DNA of 64,000 nt from Enterobacter phage vB_Ent31, in the sequence record OR567511.1; one strand, 5' to 3'. The notes beneath the pieces are model-generated. The model made no database searches and was not told the origin of the DNA. It was given only the letters and a program-made list of their open reading frames with translations. Of the stretch, positions 39,613-48,900 are shown piece by piece (the stretch's first letter is position 1; the number at the start of each line of letters is the position of its first letter). A program made the position numbers and the translations under genes.

Positions 39613-39959
39613 TATTTTCCTGGACGAAAGAAGATTTCACGGCCTTGTTTATCAAACCGACCAAAAACAGTCATCGTATTACCAGTGATGACTACATTAC
39701 CTTTAGCAATATGATGAATTGTTTGACGAGTGTTCATCATAATTTTAACACCTAATCCGCGAGCAATTCTGATGCCTTCATCAGCTGCCCAAGTGTCATT
39801 GATTTCTACATCAATACGATACAAGCCATGAGGAATTGTTTTGTATAACTCAGGCTTTCGCTTATATTGCTCAATAGTAGGAGCATTACCCTCGATTACT
39901 AAAGCCCAATTCTTTTGGGCTTCTTCTTGTAACAGAGTCAAATGATTATTGATTTTCAT
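39612..39959 (-). CDS. hypothetical protein, tandem paralogue A (~115 aa)
   Basis: trimmed to MKINNHL start; shares N- and C-terminal blocks with the adjacent ORF (…LLQEEAQKNW…HGLYRIDVEINDT…GNVVITGNTMTVFGRFDKQGREIFFRPG). Confidence 0.45.
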   Translation of the reverse strand: MKINNHLTLLQEEAQKNWALVIEGNAPTIEQYKRKPELYKTIPHGLYRIDVEINDTWAADEGIRIARGLGVKIMMNTRQTIHHIAKGNVVITGNTMTVFGRFDKQGREIFFRPGK

Positions 39960-40266
39960 ATTGTTCTTCCAACGGATTGAAGAATACTTGACTTCCGCTT
40001 TTAAAGAAGTCTCCAATCATTGTAACATAGCCATTTGAAAAGCTAACATTACCATTCATTGAAGCAAGTAGCACTGATTTCATTGAACGACAAAGTTCAA
40101 TTGGATTATTTCCATTGCTGTCATAGATAGTGTACTCTGCATTACGATATTCTCTGATATCTTCAATTGCAAAAGACAACTCGTACACCCCGTGAACTTT
40201 GTTCCAGTTTTTCCATTTCTTTTGAGTCTTGTACGCTTCTAACAGACGAAGATTATACCCTTTCAT
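39946..40266 (-). CDS. hypothetical protein, tandem paralogue B (106 aa)
   Basis: …LLEAYKTQKKW…HGVYELSFAIEDI…GNVSFSNGYVTMIGDFFKSGSQVFFNPL; overlaps frd stop by 14 nt. Confidence 0.45.
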   Translation of the reverse strand: MKGYNLRLLEAYKTQKKWKNWNKVHGVYELSFAIEDIREYRNAEYTIYDSNGNNPIELCRSMKSVLLASMNGNVSFSNGYVTMIGDFFKSGSQVFFNPLEEQYENQ

Positions 40267-40846
40267 AGACCGTCTCCGTCAGTGAAGTAAGTTCATCACA
40301 ACGAACCCAAGACGTTTCTACCATTTGAAACGCATTTTCCCATGCCGGATATGAAATAAAGCTCATGTCCAGAGTGACATCAGAGTTAACCCGATGTTTC
40401 TTCTGTATTGACGTTTGGACAATACGGTCTGCGTATGGCTGAGCCGTCTCTAGAATCCTCTTGCCACCAATAACTGAATAATCGTGGTCTGGATTGAAAG
40501 TAATTGTACTATTATAGGAAGTCTGTGCAGCCATAATATCGCCGCCTAAGAATCCAATGAATTCAAGCTCACTTACATAAGCATCGGCAAAGAATCCATT
40601 TTTAGCAGTTGCTAATGGACGAGACATATCTTGAACAACAATAGACTTACGTCCTGAAAGTGGCTCTGGGAAACTCATGAAAGTTTTTGCTCCCATGATG
40701 AGAGTTGTATCTTTAGTGCGTTTTGCAAAGTTTTGCATGTCGCGCTTGATATGACCCCACGGCAAGCCGTCTTTAAGACCAAAAGCATATTCGTTTTGAC
40801 CATCAACTGTCTTGGTTCCACAATAAGCATATACAAGTTGTAGCAT
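40253..40846 (-). CDS. frd: Dihydrofolate reductase
   Basis: 197 aa; LPWG…IMGAKTF… DHFR fold; matches T4 Frd pattern; between td-side insertion and small ORFs. Confidence 0.88.
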   Translation of the reverse strand: MLQLVYAYCGTKTVDGQNEYAFGLKDGLPWGHIKRDMQNFAKRTKDTTLIMGAKTFMSFPEPLSGRKSIVVQDMSRPLATAKNGFFADAYVSELEFIGFLGGDIMAAQTSYNSTITFNPDHDYSVIGGKRILETAQPYADRIVQTSIQKKHRVNSDVTLDMSFISYPAWENAFQMVETSWVRCDELTSLTETVYERV

Positions 40847-41088
40847 TACAATAATCCTTTTTCTTCAATAAATGCAATATCATCTGGGTCTATACCATAA
40901 TCCATATCTTCACCAGGCTTCACAAAGCTAAAGTGACCATCCTCTTCGCAAAGTTCTGCTTGGAAAATAGAACCCCATTTGTCTTCAAGAACCAAAAGTC
41001 CGCTGTAATGTTTGCTTTTCATCATTAGTCCAAGCTCATGAGCGGTTTTATATTCAAATTCTTTTAATTCAATATTTTTACGTTTCAT
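40846..41088 (-). CDS. hypothetical protein (~80 aa, frd.1 position)
   Basis: trimmed to MKRKNIEL. Confidence 0.35.
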   Translation of the reverse strand: MKRKNIELKEFEYKTAHELGLMMKSKHYSGLLVLEDKWGSIFQAELCEEDGHFSFVKPGEDMDYGIDPDDIAFIEEKGLL

Positions 41089-41166
41089 TAACCCTGCCTC
41101 ATTCCACATTTGATACAGCGACCACCAGCGAACATCAGATTAGTCCCGCAATACTTGCATTCCCAA

Positions 41167-41493
41167 TCAGAAAGAATTTTTATCATGGCCAGCCGCCTTA
41201 ACCAAGCTACGAAGCATTTCCATTCCACCTTCAACTGCTCCGGCGAGTTCTTCAAACGCTGGTTTAGTGAAGATAAACGCGGCACCTACTTTCTGGCGCT
41301 TTAGATAACCGTTAATGACTTGGTCATCAAGTGGGAATGTTCCATAGCCAGTCTCAATTACACCATTAACCTGGTTGCCGCGAGAATGTGGGTCATACTC
41401 CATAGTAATCCAAGATACACCCGGAAAATTATCGAATTGACAACGTACTTTAACTTTAGGGTAACCAGTTACGTGGAAGCTAGATTTAGACAT
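41167..41493 (-). CDS. hypothetical 108-aa protein
   Basis: ORF. Confidence 0.4.
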   Translation of the reverse strand: MSKSSFHVTGYPKVKVRCQFDNFPGVSWITMEYDPHSRGNQVNGVIETGYGTFPLDDQVINGYLKRQKVGAAFIFTKPAFEELAGAVEGGMEMLRSLVKAAGHDKNSF

Positions 41494-41777
41494 TATTTTG
41501 GCTCCTTTTTAGCAATTTTCCAGGCAGCTTTGAAAGCTTCGACTTCAGAAATTTCAATCCAAAAACCGCTACCAAAGCCATCATCATAGCAGGGACAGCC
41601 ATCGCAGTAATGGTCCCAAGTAAGTACCAGACCATCACCACGAACAGCACCAGTTTCCATTTCGCGAAGGCGGTCTTCAGCAGCTTCAATAGCTTCCGGG
41701 TCATTCCCTTCGATGATAAAGTACCATTTGCCATTGTATTCACTTCCGAGTTTAATTGATTGACGTTGAAGTTTCAT
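41493..41777 (-). CDS. hypothetical protein (~94 aa)
   Basis: trimmed to MKLQRQ; early promoter copy 5 upstream. Confidence 0.4.
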   Translation of the reverse strand: MKLQRQSIKLGSEYNGKWYFIIEGNDPEAIEAAEDRLREMETGAVRGDGLVLTWDHYCDGCPCYDDGFGSGFWIEISEVEAFKAAWKIAKKEPK

Positions 41778-41803
41778 TTTATTCTCCTTTGTTTTGATAG
41801 GGC

Positions 41804-41840
41804 TATAGTAACACACTATAGCCCTGATGTAAACGGTTAG
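41804..41840 (-). promoter_or_regulatory. early promoter cassette, copy 5
   Basis: same consensus; spacer forms perfect 9-bp inverted repeat GGGCTATAG…CTATAGCCC (41800-41824). Confidence 0.6.
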
Positions 41841-42115
41841 TCGTCTACTTTTAGCAACTTTTTGAAAGCATCAAATGATTTCATGTGCTTTGGTTCAAGA
41901 TACACATGCTTAACCATCTTGCCTTCGAGGGAGAAGACTTCAACTACCATGTCATAACACTCGTCTTCAACGAGATGCATGCATTTTGGAGTACAAGCTT
42001 TGTCAAACAACTGAACTAAATTGTTGCCAGCCCAAATGTTTTTGCTGCCGTCATAGCTATAATCTTCAGAAAGAACATAAAACATTTTAATCTCCAAAGG
42101 GCCCGAAGGCCCCAT
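41837..42115 (-). CDS. hypothetical 92-aa protein
   Basis: ORF; GGGCCCGAAGGCCCC hairpin between upstream stop and its RBS. Confidence 0.4.
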   Translation of the reverse strand: MGPSGPLEIKMFYVLSEDYSYDGSKNIWAGNNLVQLFDKACTPKCMHLVEDECYDMVVEVFSLEGKMVKHVYLEPKHMKSFDAFKKLLKVDD

Positions 42116-42117
42116 TA

Positions 42118-42390
42118 TTAAGCGGTGTAATCTTCCACCATTTCCATGATGTATTCATAATCTTCTTCGTCTTGGGCATAAAAATCTTTAACCCAAAGAC
42201 CGATGTCTACTTGATGACCAATTAATTTAATTTCTGGCCATCCGCCGCCTTGACCACTTTCATTTACAACTTCAAATTTCAAACCACTAAATGGACTATT
42301 GAAACGAGAGCCATCATCAAACTCTAAATCAACTACTTTACCGTTTTCTTTAACGAGATCGCATACAATGTCAATTACAAGTTGTTTCAT
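42118..42390 (-). CDS. hypothetical 90-aa acidic protein
   Basis: ORF; early promoter copy 6 upstream. Confidence 0.4.
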   Translation of the reverse strand: MKQLVIDIVCDLVKENGKVVDLEFDDGSRFNSPFSGLKFEVVNESGQGGGWPEIKLIGHQVDIGLWVKDFYAQDEEDYEYIMEMVEDYTA

Positions 42391-42420
42391 TTTGATTTAC
42401 TCTCTGTTGTTTTGATAGTG

Positions 42421-42458
42421 CTATAATACCACATCCATGTGGTGATGTAAACGGTTAG
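42421..42458 (-). promoter_or_regulatory. early promoter cassette, copy 6
   Basis: minus: TTTACA-17nt-TGGTATTATAG; spacer palindrome CCACAT/ATGTGG. Confidence 0.6.
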
Positions 42459-42679
42459 TTGCAAATTTCAGAAATAGTGTCAGCCAAGAATTCGCCAGTT
42501 TCGTCAGCGCCTACGCAGTAAGATTCAGTTAAGAATTTTACAATTTTCTCACGAGGACCGAATACTTTGTATTCATATCCCCATTCTACATCGCCTGCTA
42601 ATTCACAGTTTAGACCGAATTTTTCAACTTCAGCTTCAAAATGTTCTTCATCTGCAACGCCGAGATAGATATGTGCCAT
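42455..42679 (-). CDS. hypothetical 74-aa protein
   Basis: ORF; early promoter copy 7 upstream. Confidence 0.4.
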   Translation of the reverse strand: MAHIYLGVADEEHFEAEVEKFGLNCELAGDVEWGYEYKVFGPREKIVKFLTESYCVGADETGEFLADTISEICN

Positions 42680-42710
42680 TTTGTTTTACTCCGTTTAGTT
42701 GGTGTAAGAG

Positions 42711-42746
42711 TATAGTAACACAGCTTAAAGCGGATGTAAACGGCAG
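42711..42746 (-). promoter_or_regulatory. early promoter cassette, copy 7 (variant AAACGGCAG)
   Basis: same consensus. Confidence 0.55.
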
Positions 42747-42748
42747 AA

Positions 42749-42812
42749 TTAACGTAACGTAAAAGTTACTTTAGGTGGGAATTGGGAGGTTAATGTAACG
42801 TAAAAGTTACTT
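42749..42812. repeat. two 23-nt direct repeats TTAA(C/T)GTAACGTAAAAGTTACTT, 41 nt apart
   Basis: 42749-42771 and 42790-42812, 22/23 identical; each contains inverted repeat GTAAC-GTAAAA-GTTAC; sits between gene 32 terminator and early promoter copy 7. Confidence 0.7.
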
Positions 42813-42820
42813 AGTTCAAA

Positions 42821-42846
42821 AACAACAAAAGGAGCCCGAAGGCTCC
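42821..42846 (-). terminator. terminator after gene 32
   Basis: GGAGCCCGAAGGCTCC + U-run on minus strand. Confidence 0.6.
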
Positions 42847-42855
42847 TTCTTTTTA

Positions 42856-43776
42856 TTACAGACCATTCAGCAGTTCGTCGAGGTCTTCATCACCGCTGGA
42901 AGCAGAACCGCCAGTTTCCATGAAGTCTTCAGCTGGTGCTGATTTCTGAGAACCTGCATTAAAGTTAGCGAGGTCATCTTCAAAGTTTTCCAGGTCTTCA
43001 CCAACCTTATCAGCCTGAGCAGAAGCGCGAGACGCGGCAGTACCCATAGCAGCTGTACCCATAACCTGAAGGAATTTCTTCTGGTTATCTTCGAAAGATT
43101 TGAACTGGTCTTTCGCAGTCAGAGTAGACAGGTCAACCATTTGTTCCTGCAGCTGTGCTTGATAAGCTTCATCTTCGATGTTAGGAATCTCAGATTGGCC
43201 AAGGAACTTGGATTCATCATAGTTGCTGAAACCAGATACTTTCTTAACTTTCAGAACGAAGTTAGCACCTTCAAACGCACAAGTTACGTCGATTGGAGTT
43301 TCGCCCATTTCAACGTCAACGGCAACCATTGCATTGATTTTGTCCCAAATTTTCTTACCGAAACGATATTTGAAGACTTTACCTTCGTTTTCTGGAGCAG
43401 CCGGGTCTTTAACAACCAGGATGTTCGCGTAGTAAGAAGTTTTGCGTTTCAACAGCTTGTATTCTTCGTTGTTGGTGTTATATGAATCATTCTTGGACAG
43501 ATATTGACATACTGGGCAAGAATCATAATCACCGTGGGTAGAAGTACAGTTTTCAATGTACCATTTACCACCTTTCTTGAAGCCGTGATTCACCAAAACA
43601 GCGAATGGTACGCCTTCATCACCTTTACCTGGCAGGAAACGGATGACCGCTTGACCGTTACCAGCATTATCCAACTTCAGTTTCCATTCACCTTTATCTT
43701 CGGAATTGAAACCTTTAGAACCAGACAGGGAAGCCAGTTGGGAAGCCAGGGCAGCAGGATTTTTACGCTTAAACAT
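42856..43776 (-). CDS. 32: ssDNA-binding protein gp32
   Basis: 306 aa; near-identical to T4 gp32 (MFKRK…[29 protein letters not shown]… Zn site C..H..C..C … acidic C-terminus). Confidence 0.93.
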   Translation of the reverse strand: MFKRKNPAALASQLASLSGSKGFNSEDKGEWKLKLDNAGNGQAVIRFLPGKGDEGVPFAVLVNHGFKKGGKWYIENCTSTHGDYDSCPVCQYLSKNDSYNTNNEEYKLLKRKTSYYANILVVKDPAAPENEGKVFKYRFGKKIWDKINAMVAVDVEMGETPIDVTCAFEGANFVLKVKKVSGFSNYDESKFLGQSEIPNIEDEAYQAQLQEQMVDLSTLTAKDQFKSFEDNQKKFLQVMGTAAMGTAASRASAQADKVGEDLENFEDDLANFNAGSQKSAPAEDFMETGGSASSGDEDLDELLNGL

Positions 43777-43786
43777 AGATTTTACC

Positions 43787-44440
43787 TTAATATTTACAGT
43801 TTTTGACAGTTTTTATGAACAGTTGTTTTGCTTCTTCGCGGTCAACATTAAGTATCTTTCGATACGCATGTAACTTTGTAGAGTAGTTTGACCAGACCAG
43901 ATTATCGGTTGCTTGGTCATGTTTATTTATAATGTCCAGAAACGAGTCCAGAATTATAAAAGTCTCGAAAGAGATGATATTACTTTGAAGTAATTTGAAT
44001 ATGTATGACGAGTTAACCTTATCATTATAATCAAATAATTCATTAAGCGATTTAACTTCAACTTTCTTGCTGAAATAGTAAATATTGCGAACATCTTCTT
44101 CGAAGTTCGACTTGATTAATTTCAGCTTACCAATATATTCACGATAAAACACTAACGCATCTGCATCAGAAATTTCACCAATCCAAGCGTCCTGGTTAGC
44201 TACCAGGTTACTGATGAATATCAAGGTCAATTCTTTTAATGTGTATTTCTCAGATAACTTCTTGAAGAAGTATTTGTCACGACGTTTATCGTAAGCCTTA
44301 TCTGATACTCGCATGCACCAGTTGTACTTGACAACATCATATCGACCGTTGAAGTGATTCTTCAACATCAAGTACAACTTGTACACAGACTTACCGTCGA
44401 TATATCGTCCACCATTTGGTGGCATGCGCAATTTAATCAT
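43787..44440 (-). CDS. 59: gp59 helicase loader
   Basis: 217 aa, same length as T4 gp59; MIKLRMP…[13 protein letters not shown]…[27 protein letters not shown]. Confidence 0.92.
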   Translation of the reverse strand: MIKLRMPPNGGRYIDGKSVYKLYLMLKNHFNGRYDVVKYNWCMRVSDKAYDKRRDKYFFKKLSEKYTLKELTLIFISNLVANQDAWIGEISDADALVFYREYIGKLKLIKSNFEEDVRNIYYFSKKVEVKSLNELFDYNDKVNSSYIFKLLQSNIISFETFIILDSFLDIINKHDQATDNLVWSNYSTKLHAYRKILNVDREEAKQLFIKTVKNCKY

Positions 44441-44778
44441 AACAGGAAATCGAGTGTATTTGTCTTTTGCTGTTTACTAAAGGATGGACGCAATAAATTA
44501 TCGTCCAATGCTTCGCTCATAATCTTTTCAATTATATTACCAGGAATATATTTAGCGAATGCAGTTTCAGGGAAAGAATTTTCTTCTAACCAGTGTGTAG
44601 CAGCTTCAAGATAACTCATTCCATGTTCATTAACTAAAGCTTCGATAGCGAAGCCATTGTTCTGTTTATCTACTAATGTAGTAACAGAATCCGGCTTTTC
44701 AGCCGGAGTTTCATCATTTAGGGAAAACAGTGTCATACAGCTCAATCGCCTCTTCAGTTTCGGCTTCAAATTCATCAC
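44437..44778 (-). CDS. 33: gp33 late transcription co-activator
   Basis: 113 aa (T4 112 aa); position between 59 and dsbA. Confidence 0.65.
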   Translation of the reverse strand: MMNLKPKLKRRLSCMTLFSLNDETPAEKPDSVTTLVDKQNNGFAIEALVNEHGMSYLEAATHWLEENSFPETAFAKYIPGNIIEKIMSEALDDNLLRPSFSKQQKTNTLDFLL

Positions 44779-44989
44779 GAGCAGATTTGAAGTACAGAGT
44801 CAGCAGTCGGTTAAACATCTTACCGTCAACGCCAAGTTCATCTTTAGCGCGGTCACGAATGTCTTTGATTAGAACCTGGAAACCAGAGATTTTCAGTTTA
44901 TGGTCAGCAGCTTCAACAATTAGTTTCTTGAGGTCAGCACCATGTACTGCTTCGTCAAATTCAACTGGTTCTTTCTTTTCTTTAGCCAT
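44714..44989 (-). CDS. dsbA: DsbA dsDNA-binding late transcription enhancer
   Basis: 91 aa (T4 89 aa); overlaps gene 33 as in T4; position before rnh. Confidence 0.6.
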   Translation of the reverse strand: MAKEKKEPVEFDEAVHGADLKKLIVEAADHKLKISGFQVLIKDIRDRAKDELGVDGKMFNRLLTLYFKSARDEFEAETEEAIELYDTVFPK

Positions 44990-44996
44990 AATTTCC

Positions 44997-45935
44997 TCAG
45001 AAATCGTTAACGTTTTTGGTTAATTTTGAAAGTCCTGATTTCACGAAGTAAGGATAGATTTTACCGCGTGGAGGTACTTTATAAGAGTTATAATAATCTA
45101 GAATTTGATTAGCAATATCTTCTGGAATATAATCGAAGTCGATAAGCACTCGGTTTTCATAAAACCGTTTGAGCTGCTCGCCTTCAAGAATAGTTGTGAT
45201 ATCTTCAGCGTCACAACACTGTTCAACAAATGCAGTTTTAGTTGGTGGAGTACGTTCACCATCTACGCGAGTGTACCAGAAGTCAGAACGCACAGTAATT
45301 GCTGCTACGTTATCTTTCTTATCGCCTTTAACTACTTTCATCATACAATCAAGTGCAGGAGAACCTGTCTTCGCTTTAACAAATTTCTTCTGCATTGGAG
45401 ACCACTGAGTTACATTCGGATATTTGTGCAACTGAGTAAAGTCACCATCCGATGAAACGATAAGTACTTTATTACCTTCTAACGAAAGCTTTTTAGTAAG
45501 GACCGCAATATGGTCATCCGCTTCCATTTTATCGATATTCATCATATGATAAGGCATGTACTTTTCAAATTCTTCAATTACAGTACGAATACCTTCGAAG
45601 TAACCTTCCCAGTCCCATTCAGATTCTTCGCGGCCATCTGCACGGTTCTTTTTGTAGTAATAAGCTTTATCGCGACGCCAATAACCTGACTTAGCATTAT
45701 CACAACAAATAATCACCTTGTTGTAACCATCTTTACGGAATTTGAATGCGTTAAATTTCAGAGTGCTCAATACCAGATGACGAAGCATCGGAGTAGTGAT
45801 TTTCTCTTTATCTTTGAAGGTGTGCATCGCCGTCGCCAATGCGATTTGAGACAAGTCGACTAGAATGTAACCATCTTTTACTTGGTCTTCTTCGTCGAAC
45901 AGACAGTTTAAATTAGACATTAGAACCTCGTTCAT
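44997..45935 (-). CDS. rnh: RNase H (5'-3' exonuclease / flap endonuclease)
   Basis: 312 aa; matches T4 Rnh (…GYWRRD.AYYYKKNR…WDWEGYFE… ISSDGDFTQLHKYPNV.QWSPM.KK…DKKDNVA…LPPRGKIY.YFVK.GLSKLT). Confidence 0.92.
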   Translation of the reverse strand: MNEVLMSNLNCLFDEEDQVKDGYILVDLSQIALATAMHTFKDKEKITTPMLRHLVLSTLKFNAFKFRKDGYNKVIICCDNAKSGYWRRDKAYYYKKNRADGREESEWDWEGYFEGIRTVIEEFEKYMPYHMMNIDKMEADDHIAVLTKKLSLEGNKVLIVSSDGDFTQLHKYPNVTQWSPMQKKFVKAKTGSPALDCMMKVVKGDKKDNVAAITVRSDFWYTRVDGERTPPTKTAFVEQCCDAEDITTILEGEQLKRFYENRVLIDFDYIPEDIANQILDYYNSYKVPPRGKIYPYFVKSGLSKLTKNVNDF

Positions 45936-45951
45936 TTAGTAACAGAGTCAT

Positions 45952-45959
45952 TATAAATA
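45952..45959 (+). promoter_or_regulatory. late promoter TATAAATA (gene 34)
   Basis: exact TATAAATA 30 nt upstream of gp34 ATG. Confidence 0.65.
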
Positions 45960-45989
45960 AGTTCTATAATAGCAAATAGGAGCACCATT

Positions 45990-48900
45990 ATGGCAGATTC
46001 AATCAAACGCAAGTTTCGTGGCGCTGACGGCTTCGATGCTGCGGGTGAAAAAATAGTCAACGTTGCTACTGCTGACCGCACGGTGTTATCCGATGGCGTC
46101 AACGTTGAATTCCTTATCCAAGAAAACACATTACAACAGTATGATTCTACTCGTGGTTACACTTCCGGTTTCGCAGTAATTTACGACAACCGCATTTGGG
46201 TTTCAAATCGTGATATTGCAAAACCTGCTGGCAATTTTAATGAGCTTTATTGGACTTCGGTTCGTACCGACGCAAAATGGCGTGTAGTTTCAAGCGGAAC
46301 AACAATTTTAAAATCAGGTGAATTTATTTCTGTCGATACCGCAAAAGGTAATGACATGATTTTCACTTTACCAAATAATCCGCAAGATGGTGATACAATT
46401 ATGCTGAAGGATATCGGTAATAAAACCGGTACCGTTGGTGTAACTATCAACGCATCTATTCAAGACATTGTGTTGCGTGGCCCTACGAATAAAGTTCGCT
46501 CAGTCAAAATGACTCATCCACTGTCTCAATATGTGTTTGTGTTCAGCAATAGATTGTGGAATCTTTACGTTTCTGATTACGAACGAGTTGCTCGTATTGT
46601 AACACCAAGCGCAGTTGTTCAAGCTCAATCTAACGACTTTATAGTTCGCAGATATACTTCTCCAGACCCAATCCGTGTTACTTTGCCTAAACATGCAAAC
46701 ACTGGAGATATCATCAACTTTACTGACCTTGATGGAAAGAACCCTCAATTCCATATGATTGTTAGTACTTTCGATGATAACACCAATATCGGTACTGTTG
46801 GTCAAAAATCTATAGAGGTTCGTACTTCTGGTGACGGATTCATTGTATATGATGAATCAGAGTCAATCTGGAGAATCTGGGAAGGCGACTTACGTCCGCG
46901 CATGCGTGTGATCACCGACAACGTAACTTTAATTCCAAACGAGGTTGTTACTGTTTTTGGTGTAAATAACAGCACTCAGAAAACTATTGATATAACTTTA
47001 CCTACTGATATTGCTATTGGCGATACTGTCACTATTGCAATGAATTATATGCGCAAAGGACAGAAAGTAAATATCAGAGCAGCTACTGGAGATAAAATTG
47101 CTTCAAGTCTTCAATTACTGCAATTCCCTAAACGCTCAGAGTATCCGCCTGATACCACTTGGGTAATGAATGATGTTCTTACTTTTGATGGTACTACTTC
47201 TTATGTTCCAGTATTGCAATTATCTTATATTGAACATGCTGGAAGTAAATACTGGATTGTTGCTGATAATGATCCGACCGTAGAGCGTGTTGACTCTAAA
47301 GATAACGAAACTCGTAAACGCTTAGGTGTTATTGCATTAGCAAGTCAAGACCAAGCAAATGTTGACCACGAAAATAATCCAGAAAAAGAGTTAGCAATTA
47401 CTCCTCAAACTCTGGCAAACCGTGTTGCTACTAAAGTTCGTCGTGGTATTGCTCGTTTAGTTACTTTAACTGAAATCCAAGCTCTAACTCCTGGGCCGCA
47501 TTTGGATGATGTTATTGTCACTCCTGCGATGCTGAATGAAAAAACAGCAACAGAAACTCGTCGTGGTGTTGCTGAAACTGCTACTCAAGCTGAAGCAAAT
47601 GGTTCAACAGACGATGAACGTATCATCACTCCGAAGAAGCTGCATAACCGTATTGCTTCTGAGATTTTGACTGGTATTCTTAAATTAGTCAGAACGACTG
47701 GAACTCTTGCGGGTATTGGACGTGATACTAAAGGTACTAACGTTTATGACTATGATAACAACATTGATGCGGTAACTCCAAAATCACTGTTCCAATTCAA
47801 GTCTACTGAGCAAGCTCAGGGCGGTGTTTATCTTGCAACTCAAAATGAAGTAATTGCCGGTGGTCCAGCTCAACCTGGTTTCCCAGTAGTTGTTACTCCA
47901 CAAACACTTCATGGTAAAACTTCAACTGATTCAAGAATCGGTTTGATTCAAATTGCTAAACAAGCTGAAGTAGATACTGGTACAGATTACACAAAAGCAG
48001 TTACTCCTAAAACTCTGAATGACCGTAAGGCTCGTGAAGATTTAAGTGGTATTGCTGAAATTGCAACTCAGGTTGAATTTGATACCGGAACGGACGATAC
48101 GCGTATCGTAACTCCATTAAAGGTTAAAACTCGTTTCAATTCAACCGATAGAACATCTGTTGTTGCTCTGTCTGGATTAGTTGAGCAAGGAACCTTGTGG
48201 GACCATTATACATTAGATATCAAAGAAGCATCTGAGACTCAGCGTGGTACTGCTGCTCTGGCCACTCAGGTACAAGTTGATGCTGGTACTGATGATAAGA
48301 CGATTGTTACGCCTAAGAAATTGCATGCTAAGAAAGCTACTGAAACTACCGAAGGTATTATTCAAGTTGCTAACCAAGCTGAAACGGTAGCCGGTACTAT
48401 TGCTAATAAAGCAGTTTCTCCTAAGAACTTTAAGTATGTTGTCCAAGAAGAAAAAACTTGGGAATCTACTATAGCTCAGCGTGGTTTCGTTAAATTATCA
48501 GAAAAAGCACTCACCTTTAAGGGTGATACTTTAAATGGTTCTGGTCGTCTGCTTCCAGGTGATTTAATTAACGAACCCGCTTTAACAGATTTGCCTAAAG
48601 AAGGTTATGCAGTATCTCCATACGAGATGAACCGTGCTCTGCAATACTTCTTGCCGGCTAAAGCAAAAGCTGTTGATTCGGATTTACTGGATGGAATTGA
48701 TTCAACTCAGTTTGTTCGCCGCGATATCGACCAAGTAGTTAATGGCAAAATTACATTCAAAAAGGATGTTACTCTAGAAGCTCCTCTGGTGTCCTCTAGT
48801 ACGGCCAAATTCACTACCGTGAATGCTACTATATCTGTTGATATTGGTGACACCCTGGGTAATTCTAGAATCAATTTGAATACTCTGGCGAATGGCTGGA

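Noticed and set aside
43141-43806. Plus-strand ORFs of 114, 69 and 100 aa
   Set aside because: Antisense shadows of gene 32 and gene 59.
45105-45455. 116-aa and 79-aa plus-strand ORFs
   Set aside because: Antisense to rnh.
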